IMG/VR virus record: IMGVR_UViG_3300021387_000109
Location: 1-64,000 of that record
Strand: one strand, 5' to 3'
Length of the DNA stretch: 64,000 nt
Source: a virus
Taxonomy: Duplodnaviria; Caudoviricetes
The notes beneath the pieces were generated by a model. The model saw only the letters and a program-made list of their open reading frames with translations. It had not been told where the DNA came from and searched no databases. Positions 29,064-36,724 of this stretch are shown here, in pieces (within the stretch, counting starts at the first letter, position 1; the number at the start of each line of letters is the position of its first letter). The position numbers and the translations under genes were made by a program.

Positions 29064-29100
29064 ATAAAAGAGTACTTAATGTACTCTTTTATTTTTTATT
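29064..29100 (+). terminator. Intrinsic terminator
   Basis: ATAAAAGAGTAC-TTAAT-GTACTCTTTTAT then T run. Confidence 0.75.
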
Positions 29101-29301
29101 TACTTCTTTTTTATGGTTACACCCTTATTATACTGATAGTATATATATAAGGAAGAAGAAAGTCAAGAGAAAGATACATATTAATATTAGGTAAAAGTAT
29201 GTAGATTTTATTTATACTTACTTTATATTTACTTACTTCTTATATCTTCCTTATAACTTAAAGAGGTAATAACTACTAAAGTGGTTATTTATAGTTTCAC
29301 T

Positions 29302-29322
29302 AAGTTCTGACGAACTTAATTG
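29302..29322 (+). promoter_or_regulatory. vRNAP-type hairpin promoter P3
   Basis: AAGTTC-TGAC-GAACTT-AATT-G. Confidence 0.85.
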
Positions 29323-29364
29323 AAAGAGAGAATTCCTCTCTCTTAACAACTCTAGGAGGCTTCA

Positions 29365-29628
29365 ATGCTTGAAAAGTTTATCAACCAAGAAGGACTTCGT
29401 GGCTATCGTGTAGAAGAGGCCAATGGCTTCTACTTCACTACTATCGAAGGGGACGAAATGTCTGATGTAGATGTAACAGTCTACGCCTTCAGTGCAGAAT
29501 ACATCCTTGATCGCATCACTCCGATGCCCTTCAAGGAGCAGGCTAAGCGACTGTACAATGAGTACAAGAACTCATTCCTGTTTAACAACATGCATGCCAA
29601 CCTGTCTTTGAATAATGTTCTTTATTAG
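29365..29628 (+). CDS. Early hypothetical protein
   Basis: RBS AGGAGG, 87 aa, terminator at about 29643-29678. Confidence 0.75.
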   Translation: MLEKFINQEGLRGYRVEEANGFYFTTIEGDEMSDVDVTVYAFSAEYILDRITPMPFKEQAKRLYNEYKNSFLFNNMHANLSLNNVLY

Positions 29629-29679
29629 GTTGGCAAATATCTGACCCATCATCATTTTGGTGTTGGGTCTTTTTTTTCT

Positions 29680-29700
29680 AAGTCCTGACGGACTTAATAG
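29680..29700 (+). promoter_or_regulatory. vRNAP-type hairpin promoter P4
   Basis: AAGTCC-TGAC-GGACTT-AATA-G. Confidence 0.85.
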
Positions 29701-29725
29701 GATCAACACACAAGGAGGATACATC

Positions 29726-29947
29726 ATGGTTCCTATGGATATCAATGCTTACAAGGCTCTTGATGCTGAATACACCAAGGTGTTTGGTGAATTGGAAAGC
29801 ATCTATTACCTTGAAGTTCTGCCCTTTGGCAAGGCAGATAATGAAGCCGAATATAGTAGGCTTCAGAGTCGTCTTTCTGAGATTTCTCGCACTATGGATA
29901 AGTGGAGAAGTCTCATTGACGAAACTGAGCAAATTCTCAAGAAGTAA
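29726..29947 (+). CDS. Early hypothetical protein
   Basis: RBS AAGGAGG then MVPMDINAYK..., in frame with track ORF 29657-29947. Confidence 0.7.
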   Translation: MVPMDINAYKALDAEYTKVFGELESIYYLEVLPFGKADNEAEYSRLQSRLSEISRTMDKWRSLIDETEQILKK

Positions 29948-29994
29948 AAGATTTGAACCAGTGGCTACTTTGACCATTGGTTCATTTCCCTATT

Positions 29995-30014
29995 AGCCCT
30001 GTCGGGCTTAATTG
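29995..30014 (+). promoter_or_regulatory. vRNAP-type hairpin promoter P5
   Basis: AGCCC-TGTC-GGGCT-TAATT-G. Confidence 0.85.
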
Positions 30015-30132
30015 AGCGCTTACTCCGATTAACCCTTAACCGACCAATGATTAACCCTCTTCGCCTGCTCGATTCTAGAAAGAGCAGAGACCCTCTACAG
30101 ACAAGGCCAGTCTGTAGGGGGTTTTATTTTTT
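30014..30132 (+). ncRNA. Candidate early small RNA (P5 to terminator)
   Basis: Promoter and strong terminator (30090-30132) enclose ~115 nt with no SD-led ORF. Confidence 0.55.
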
Positions 30133-30137
30133 CTCTA

Positions 30138-30157
30138 AGTCCTGACGGACTCAATTG
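30138..30157 (+). promoter_or_regulatory. vRNAP-type hairpin promoter P6
   Basis: AGTCC-TGAC-GGACT-CAATT-G. Confidence 0.85.
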
Positions 30158-30179
30158 ACATTTACTTTTGGAGGTTATC

Positions 30180-30590
30180 ATGTCTTATCGTCTTTGTGTT
30201 GCTGGTTCTCGTAACTTCAACAACGTTCAACTCGCTGAAGAGGTTCTGAGCCAAGTGTTCAACTTCATTGCCAAGAAGCATGGTGATGCCATCACCATTA
30301 TCTCTGGAGGTGCCAAGGGCGCTGACTCCGTTGGAGAGTTGGTGGCTCATAAGCACCACTACGACATTGAACGCTATCTTCCCGATTGGGATAGGTATGG
30401 CAAGAGTGCTGGTTACAAGCGTAATCAGTCGATGTGTGCAGCCAGTAATGGCTGTGTGGTGTTCTGGGATGGTTCCAGTAGAGGGAGTCATCACATGATC
30501 GACATCTGCCGTAAGGCAGGTAAGCCGATCATGGTGGTTGACATGAACGGAAGTGTCATGGACGTGTCCAAGATTCCGTTCCTGTCGTGA
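30180..30590 (+). CDS. SLOG-superfamily protein (DUF2493/YspA-like)
   Basis: VAGSRNF, IISGGAKGADS, SAGYKRNQSM, VFWDGSSRGSHHMI. Confidence 0.85.
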   Translation: MSYRLCVAGSRNFNNVQLAEEVLSQVFNFIAKKHGDAITIISGGAKGADSVGELVAHKHHYDIERYLPDWDRYGKSAGYKRNQSMCAASNGCVVFWDGSSRGSHHMIDICRKAGKPIMVVDMNGSVMDVSKIPFLS

Positions 30591-30596
30591 AGAGTT

Positions 30597-30637
30597 AGGA
30601 GCCAGAGCATGTGGTGTGCTCTGGTTCCTGCTTTTTT
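30597..30637 (+). terminator. Intrinsic terminator
   Basis: AGGAGCCAGAGCA/TGCTCTGGTTCCT then T run. Confidence 0.75.
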
Positions 30638-30652
30638 AATAGGTAAATAGTC

Positions 30653-31060
30653 ATGAAGTTTAGAGATATTTATTGGTTCTTGAGCAATTTCTATCCTTGC
30701 AGGATTACTTTCAATGGACATACATATTTATGTGCTGAAGCGGCATATCAAGCACAGAAATGTCCTGAAAGAGCCATAGAATTTATTAGTCTGAATGGTC
30801 TTCAGGCCAAAAGATTGGGTAGGCATGTTGCAATGGCTAAAGACTTTAATGAGCACAAGGTATACATCATGTATCAGGTGCTTTATTACAAGTTCACTCA
30901 GAATCCTGCTTTAAAAGATAAATTGCTTGGTACTCATGATCTATATCTGCAAGAGGACAATACATGGCATGACACCTATTGGGGTGTTTGCAATGGTATT
31001 GGACAAAATGTGCTTGGCAGATTGCTCATGTGTGTTCGAGACGATTTAAAACACATCTAA
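30653..31060 (+). CDS. NADAR (YbiA-like) family protein
   Basis: FLSNFYP, AEAAYQAQK, KFTQNPALKDKLLGT, LQEDN..DTYWG...GQNVLGRLLM. Confidence 0.92.
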   Translation: MKFRDIYWFLSNFYPCRITFNGHTYLCAEAAYQAQKCPERAIEFISLNGLQAKRLGRHVAMAKDFNEHKVYIMYQVLYYKFTQNPALKDKLLGTHDLYLQEDNTWHDTYWGVCNGIGQNVLGRLLMCVRDDLKHI

Positions 31061-31069
31061 TTCCTATAT

Positions 31070-31088
31070 GCCCTGGCGGGCTTATATG
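31070..31088 (+). promoter_or_regulatory. vRNAP-type hairpin promoter P7
   Basis: GCCC-TGGC-GGGC-TTATAT-G. Confidence 0.75.
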
Positions 31089-31115
31089 GCAAAACTAACC
31101 CAAAAGGAGACAATC

Positions 31116-31631
31116 ATGCGTGATTCCAACGCTATCCAGATGCCTGTTCCCACTTCCACTGTTTCCGTTCCCACCACCACCTCTAACAAGAAGTTGACCC
31201 AGAAATGGATTAACTTCGGCATCGTTTACGACAAGAACAACCTTGAAACCTCTGATGCAGGATTCTGTGCTGCTGGGTACGGAACTCCTGCGGATGACCT
31301 TGAGGCTCTTCGCAAGAAACTTGTTAGAGGTACGAAGCAGAGCAGAGCAGTCTACAACGGACTGGTGAACATGCATCAGTACTATACCAATCTTCTTAAG
31401 GAAGGTGGTCAGTCTGAATATCAGATTATCGGGTCTCTTACTCCCGAATCTGAAAGAAAGGCTGCTGTTGAAGAAATTCTCAACAATAACCACATTTCTG
31501 AAGAACTCAAGGCTCAGATCTTGAGTGCGGCATTCCCTGAAGGTCCGAAGTGGGCTATTCAGTATCACAGACAAGGGATCAAACAGGAATCTGAGGATTC
31601 TTCGTTTGTTATTCCTACCAATCGTCTTTAA
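31116..31631 (+). CDS. N4 gp2-like ssDNA-binding transcription cofactor, paralogue 1
   Basis: KLTQKWINFGIV...FCAAGYGTPADD resembles gp2 as recalled (KAQFWLNIGY...FISLPTGIPLD); RBS AGGAG at 31105. Confidence 0.5.
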   Translation: MRDSNAIQMPVPTSTVSVPTTTSNKKLTQKWINFGIVYDKNNLETSDAGFCAAGYGTPADDLEALRKKLVRGTKQSRAVYNGLVNMHQYYTNLLKEGGQSEYQIIGSLTPESERKAAVEEILNNNHISEELKAQILSAAFPEGPKWAIQYHRQGIKQESEDSSFVIPTNRL

Positions 31632-31642
31632 AAAGGAGCAAT

Positions 31643-33814
31643 ATGCTTAAGGAAATTTTCGAAAGCATGAAGGCAAGTGATTCCCTTCAAGAGGTGCAGG
31701 TCAAGAACGAACAGACCTACGCCAATGTTAATTACTTGCCCTTCGCTGAAGAGGCTCTTTGGAAGAACAATCCGATGCTGAAGGACTACATTAAGTCCAT
31801 CAGCAATGGAGAAACTGAAGAAAAGTTCTTCAACAAACTGGTTCTTCAGATGGCACTTCAGAAGTGCGCTGACCTCAATACTCTCTGGGGTATCATGAGG
31901 ACAGGTTATTCTGAAAACAAGAACCAGTGGGTTCTTGACCTCATCAAGAGAGGTCTTGAAGCGAATCTCATGAGCCTGTCCAGCAATGGCAAGTTCATGT
32001 ACCGCTATGCTATCGGTGAAGAGGAAGAACGTGTTCTTGATGCGTTCTTCTATCCTCTGCCCTCTGTTGTGCCCATGAAGAAACTTAAGAGCAATTTTGA
32101 TACCGGTTATCAGACTCTCAAGGGTCATGGACTGGTGTTGAACAGCACTGACCTTACTAAAGATCAGGATATCTGCCTTGATGTTCTCAACAATTTCCAG
32201 TCCATGACTTTCAAAGTCAATGAGACTGTGTTGAACAATGTTAATCCCGCTTGGGATTTCGTTAGCACTCAGAAAGCAACTGAGAGTTACGAAACCTACA
32301 AGAGCAGGGTTGACCAGTTCGTGAAGTTTGAAGAGCAGTCTAAGGCTGTTCTTGAGGCACTCAAAGGACTTCCGCTTCATCTCACCGCAGAGTGGGACAA
32401 GCGTGGAAGGCTCTACGACATGGGATATCACTTCCACATCCAGTCCAAGGAATGGACTAAAGCCGCTGTAGACTTCTACATTGGCTTGCCCATCCTGAAC
32501 CAGATTCATGAAGCCAAGGGTTTCAAGGGACAGCAGTTCTCTGACATGGATTACCTGCGCATTGACATTGCAGGCTCTTTCGGTCTTGACAAGAAGACTT
32601 GGAAAGAACGTATTGCATGGACAATGCAGCATGAAGAAGCAGGTGATCTTCTGTCTAAGGAACTCCTGTCTCAGGCTGAATCCCTTCCGCTGTACATGGC
32701 TGGTGTTCAGGCTCTAATGGATGCCAAGGCAGGCAAAGAGGTTCACTATGCAGTTAACCTCGATGCAACTGCTTCTGGTACTCAGATTCTTGGTACCCTG
32801 CTTGGTGATGAGCAGGCCATGATGATCTGCAACGTACTTCCTGTTGCTGATCAGAGTGGTGAAGTGATGCGTCAAGATTCGTATACCATCATTCACAAGA
32901 GCGTAATGCAACTCTTGGGTGGAGCGAATGTCATGACGTACTTTGATCCAGACCTTAATGGAATGGGTCAACGTGCCATGCCTGTATCCAGAGCACATGC
33001 CAAGTGTGCGGTGATGCGTTCCTTCTATGGATCTGAACTGATCATTGATCAGGTCTATGGAGAGGATTCTCCTGCATCTCGGGCATTCTGTCAGGCAATG
33101 GAGATTCATGCTCCGTATGCCTGGGCATTCAACAGTGCCATGCTCGATGCCTGGGACCCTCAGGCAACTGAGTATAACTGGACGATGCCAGATGGCTTCG
33201 AGGTGCATATCCCTGTTGAAGGTCAAGTTGCTGTTGACCTGATGTGGGGTGATACGCCTGTCACGCTCACTTATGTCAAGAGTGGCATCACCAAGAAGAA
33301 GGGACGTGCTCTTAGTGCAAACTATACGCACTCCTTCGATGCTCTGGTTCTCAGAGAGATGTATCGCCGTTGCCATTACAATCAAGGCATGGTGAACTAC
33401 GTCAATGGTGTGCTTGATGGAAAGATCACCAAGGGTAATGCAACTTTGGAACAGAAGGCTCTTTGTGCAAGACTTGCAATTCTTGCCAAAGAGAGTGGGT
33501 TCCTTAGTGCAAGAATCCTTGAGTGTATCAATCCTGATACCATGTCCATTCTCACTGGACTTGAAAGCAAGATCAAAGATCTCATTGCATCTCTGCCCTC
33601 TGAGCCGTTTGAGATCATGAGCATCCACGATTGCTTCAGGTGCCTGCCTCGCTACGGCAATGACGTGCGGTATCAGTACACGAAACTCCTGTCCGAACTG
33701 AACAAGAGCAAGTGTGCTCGATTCGTCTGTGCCCAGATCAGCCCCAGACTCGTTATCAGTGATCCTGTTGACGTATCTGAGGAAATCCTTGAAGCCAATT
33801 ACGCTTTGTCGTAA
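31643..33814 (+). CDS. Single-chain T7-like RNA polymerase = fused N4 RNAPII subunits gp15+gp16
   Basis: gp15-like YPLPSVVP, DICLDVLN, WDKRGRLY..GYH; gp16-like DYLRIDIAGSFGLDK; motifs A LDATASG, B KCAVMRSFYGS, C SIHDCF. Confidence 0.9.
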   Translation: MLKEIFESMKASDSLQEVQVKNEQTYANVNYLPFAEEALWKNNPMLKDYIKSISNGETEEKFFNKLVLQMALQKCADLNTLWGIMRTGYSENKNQWVLDLIKRGLEANLMSLSSNGKFMYRYAIGEEEERVLDAFFYPLPSVVPMKKLKSNFDTGYQTLKGHGLVLNSTDLTKDQDICLDVLNNFQSMTFKVNETVLNNVNPAWDFVSTQKATESYETYKSRVDQFVKFEEQSKAVLEALKGLPLHLTAEWDKRGRLYDMGYHFHIQSKEWTKAAVDFYIGLPILNQIHEAKGFKGQQFSDMDYLRIDIAGSFGLDKKTWKERIAWTMQHEEAGDLLSKELLSQAESLPLYMAGVQALMDAKAGKEVHYAVNLDATASGTQILGTLLGDEQAMMICNVLPVADQSGEVMRQDSYTIIHKSVMQLLGGANVMTYFDPDLNGMGQRAMPVSRAHAKCAVMRSFYGSELIIDQVYGEDSPASRAFCQAMEIHAPYAWAFNSAMLDAWDPQATEYNWTMPDGFEVHIPVEGQVAVDLMWGDTPVTLTYVKSGITKKKGRALSANYTHSFDALVLREMYRRCHYNQGMVNYVNGVLDGKITKGNATLEQKALCARLAILAKESGFLSARILECINPDTMSILTGLESKIKDLIASLPSEPFEIMSIHDCFRCLPRYGNDVRYQYTKLLSELNKSKCARFVCAQISPRLVISDPVDVSEEILEANYALS

Positions 33815-33822
33815 CTGACTAG

Positions 33823-33862
33823 CCCTTGGGAGACTTCGGTCTCTCAAGGGTATTTTTTTTTT
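33823..33862 (+). terminator. Strong terminator with UUCG loop
   Basis: CCCTTGGGAGAC-TTCG-GTCTCTCAAGGG then T run. Confidence 0.9.
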
Positions 33863-34025
33863 CTTCCAGATTTCTAAAAGATTTCGCAGTCTTGGGTTGG
33901 AATCTATTTTTCTTTCAGATTTCTTTGCCGCTTCGCGGCATTTTGGCAATAGTCACTTTCAACCGATTTCGCAGCTTTGGAACGGGAAGTGATTTTGCTT
34001 CTCAAACTTAAAGGAGATTTTTATA

Positions 34026-34510
34026 TGCGTACCGATGCACAGATTAACGAAGCGATGGCTACTCTTCAGGCAGTTTTCGGCAAGCCTGCTGTTCCTGCGA
34101 CCGCACCTATGACAGTCACTGAAAAGAAGGCATCTCAGTACTGGGCGCATCTTGGTTTTATTACGAACCTTGATCTGCTTCAGGAACATAACATCAAGGG
34201 TTTGACCTATCTCTTTGAGAGTGGTTTCCCTGTTGATGGTATTAAGGACAAGCTTGAGAACTTCTCAACCAATGAAGAAGCCGTTGAGTATAACGAGCAG
34301 ATTGGTCTGAAGAACGGAATCCGAGCTGATATTATTGCAGCTATGGCTGATCTTGAGTGTGGTGACTTCAAGGCTGTCGCACTTACGGATGATCCTGCTA
34401 ACGGAGATCCCATTCTTGTGATTCGTAGGCTTGATCCGAACAACAAGAGAGCTGAGATTAATCTCAAGAAGACTCTGAGTATGCGTACTCAGGCTCGCAA
34501 GACCTTCTAG
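34026..34510 (+). CDS. N4 gp2-like ssDNA-binding transcription cofactor, paralogue 2
   Basis: KKASQYWAHLGF, SGFPVDG, KNGIRADIIAAMADLECGD, LVIRRL follow the gp2 motif order; RBS AAGGAG. Confidence 0.6.
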
Positions 34511-34569
34511 TTAATCCAAGGGGAAGTAGATTAATTTCTACTTTCCCCTTATTCTTTTAAGGAATAGTC

Positions 34570-34842
34570 ATGAATATTGCAAATAGTATTTATGAGGTTG
34601 CAAAGAATCTTGATCCAGACAGCAAGAAGGCCATGCTTAAGGCTATGTGTGCTGGAACCAAAGTTCTTGTTGGACCCAAGAAGTACAAGGTCATTATCTT
34701 TCCAGATGGATCTGCAATTGATGTCATCCGTGTAAACGGAGAGAAAGTCCATTCTGTGCTTACAGATAAAGAGGCTTTGATTGCCAGCTGCTGGATGGCT
34801 GAAGCAAGAACTATTCTTGATGACATTTCAGACCTCTTTTAA
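34570..34842 (+). CDS. Hypothetical protein
   Basis: 90 aa ORF with RBS AAGGA. Confidence 0.65.
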   Translation: MNIANSIYEVAKNLDPDSKKAMLKAMCAGTKVLVGPKKYKVIIFPDGSAIDVIRVNGEKVHSVLTDKEALIASCWMAEARTILDDISDLF

Positions 34843-35165
34843 CTACCTAATTTTGCATTGAGAAGAATTGAAAAGGCAGATAGTATCTGTCTTTCTAGTG
34901 GATAACTCACCGCTACTCATAGAGTAGTTTTATTAACTCCACTAGGTAACAGAAAATGCTCTTCTTAAAACTTATATGCGCTGTGTTTTTGTTAGGGTTC
35001 AAAGTTCTATTAGAACGATTCATCCTTCCAAATCTCACAAGAGCCATTAAAGTCTTTTAGAACTCTTAAATCTGTAAAGGTTTAAGAGATTTTCTTTACC
35101 TTTGCGGATTGAGTTATAGGCGGGGCTTTATGCCCTGCCTTTTCTTTTCTTTAAAGGAGACAGCC

Positions 35166-35222
35166 ATGATTGTTTATCCGGATTGGATGGGAGATGATTA
35201 TTCTGAGAATAGTTTTCCGTAG
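35166..35222 (+). CDS. Candidate 18-aa small protein MIVYPDWMGDDYSENSFP
   Basis: RBS AAAGGAG before ATG; bracketed by terminator-like hairpins. Confidence 0.4.
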   Translation: MIVYPDWMGDDYSENSFP

Positions 35223-35248
35223 AATTAATAAAGCCCTCAATAGAGGGC

Positions 35249-35313
35249 TTATTTATTAGTGTTCGGTGGTAGAGTTTTGCTCCTATTGGCTACTGTCGAA
35301 CACTAATAAATAA
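35249..35313 (+). repeat. Long stem-loop with TTATTTATTAG/CTAATAAATAA base (copy 1)
   Basis: 17 perfect bp plus 7 bp with G-U pairs, directly after a terminator hairpin. Confidence 0.8.
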
Positions 35314-35330
35314 CTATTTTGGAGATAGTC

Positions 35331-35591
35331 ATGTCTAGATCCTTTAGATCTATACCTGTTGCCAAATGGCACAGGCATCATAATAAAAATACGCTACTGC
35401 GTAAGATAATTCGAGCCAAAGATAGAATGAGATTAATCAAGGCAATTAAGGAAGAAAATCTAGACTCCTATATTCCTGCAACTCTTTTAGATGTAGGAGA
35501 GCGCTTTGATGATCCAATTTTACGTTCGCCAAGAAGTTTAGAAATTTGGTGTACAGAATTTAAAGATTTGGCAATCCTTTGCCGCAAATAG
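35331..35591 (+). CDS. Basic hypothetical protein (MSRS-start family)
   Basis: RBS GGAG; MSRSFRSIPVAKWHRHH... Confidence 0.6.
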   Translation: MSRSFRSIPVAKWHRHHNKNTLLRKIIRAKDRMRLIKAIKEENLDSYIPATLLDVGERFDDPILRSPRSLEIWCTEFKDLAILCRK

Positions 35592-35600
35592 GAGATAGTC

Positions 35601-35783
35601 ATGGATATTCCTGTCTACCCATCAAAAGAAGCAGAAGAACTTGCTCGTGAATATGAAGAGCAAGAATTTGCCATTCTCGTAGTTAAGGGTCATCTGACCC
35701 GAGATGAATTCAAAACCCTCACTGGAAAGTCCTTTGAGGATTATTTAAAGGAAATCGAGGAGATTGACGATGATCCTGTGTAA
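35601..35783 (+). CDS. Hypothetical acidic protein
   Basis: 60 aa, RBS AGGAG. Confidence 0.6.
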   Translation: MDIPVYPSKEAEELAREYEEQEFAILVVKGHLTRDEFKTLTGKSFEDYLKEIEEIDDDPV

Positions 35784-36111
35784 TAGCTTTTCAATCAACA
35801 TGCTGCCTAAATTCATTGGGGCATGTGATATTCATATTGAATCCATTAGCAAGGAAGGAGCAATGAGTTTAACTCATGCTGCTCAGATTAATGGAAAACT
35901 AAAGTCCATTATTGGGCATCCAGACATTGCAAAGATTGTCCAGAATGAACTTCAACTTGATATGGATCTCTTTAATCGAGAGACTTTCAAATGGACTGAA
36001 AAGACTGAGAACCTTTTAGTAGCTCAGTATATGGGTGAGAGACTTCCTGAAGGAACCAGAACTCTTCCTACTGGTTCAATTATCATTTACTATCTGGTGA
36101 TGCGAAAATGA
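35764..36111 (+). CDS. acrIII-1: DUF1874 / AcrIII-1-like viral ring nuclease
   Basis: LCNSFSINMLPKF, SIIGHPDIA (catalytic GH), FNRE, LLVAQYMGERLPEG match the STIV B116/SIRV1 gp29 pattern. Confidence 0.85.
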   Translation: MTMILCNSFSINMLPKFIGACDIHIESISKEGAMSLTHAAQINGKLKSIIGHPDIAKIVQNELQLDMDLFNRETFKWTEKTENLLVAQYMGERLPEGTRTLPTGSIIIYYLVMRK

Positions 36112-36413
36112 TTGATTTAAGAATTTCATCCTATTCCCGAGTAGTTCAGTTCCTGAAGAAGAGAGGTTTTGAGTTTAATACCATTACCTTTCCTATGAAA
36201 GATTGCATGAACATTGGGAGATATAAGCAACAGTTCTCTCTTTGCTTGACTTACAGTGTTGAAGGAATTCAACATGTATATATCAACATTAAATGGAAAT
36301 CTCAACATGGCCCAATCATAGTTGATAGAGTCATTCCTGTTGCTTTAAGGAGAGGTATGACTCTCAAAGAGATCTGTTTACGTGCTCTATTTAATCTCAT
36401 GGTGAATGAATGA
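36108..36413 (+). CDS. Hypothetical protein
   Basis: 101 aa ORF, overlapping start/stop with neighbours. Confidence 0.6.
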   Translation: MIDLRISSYSRVVQFLKKRGFEFNTITFPMKDCMNIGRYKQQFSLCLTYSVEGIQHVYINIKWKSQHGPIIVDRVIPVALRRGMTLKEICLRALFNLMVNE

Positions 36414-36724
36414 CAGAAAGAAAATTCTTTCAAGTTTCCTTTGGAAATAAGAAAATTATCATCTATTCCAAAGTGATCGGAGAAGGGTATGAAGCAATAT
36501 TTGAGCATGAAGGAATACTCTGTTTTGCTTCTGTTATTAATCTTTCAGATCATGTACTCTATAAGGAAGGAAATATAGAGTGTATGATCTTTCCAATTGA
36601 TCCCAACACTCATGAAATAGATTTTGGAACTGAACTATACATTAATAGAACAGATTCCAAAGATATGCTTTGGTTTATTAAACAATGTATTGACGACTTT
36701 ACGGAGGAATATCATGCGTCTTGA
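36410..36724 (+). CDS. Hypothetical protein
   Basis: 104 aa ORF, coupled ATGA junction. Confidence 0.6.
   Translation: MTERKFFQVSFGNKKIIIYSKVIGEGYEAIFEHEGILCFASVINLSDHVLYKEGNIECMIFPIDPNTHEIDFGTELYINRTDSKDMLWFIKQCIDDFTEEYHAS

Noticed and set aside
28436-31088. Repeated palindromic 20-mers as a CRISPR array
   Set aside because: Spacing is irregular (140-930 nt) with genes and terminators between copies; stems covary; geometry fits hairpin promoters
31628-33949. Long antisense ORFs (334 and 411 aa) opposite the RNAP gene, and 245 aa opposite SSB (59525-60262)
   Set aside because: They are in codon register with the sense genes and arise from avoidance of TTA/CTA/TCA codons; no RBS or recognisable motifs
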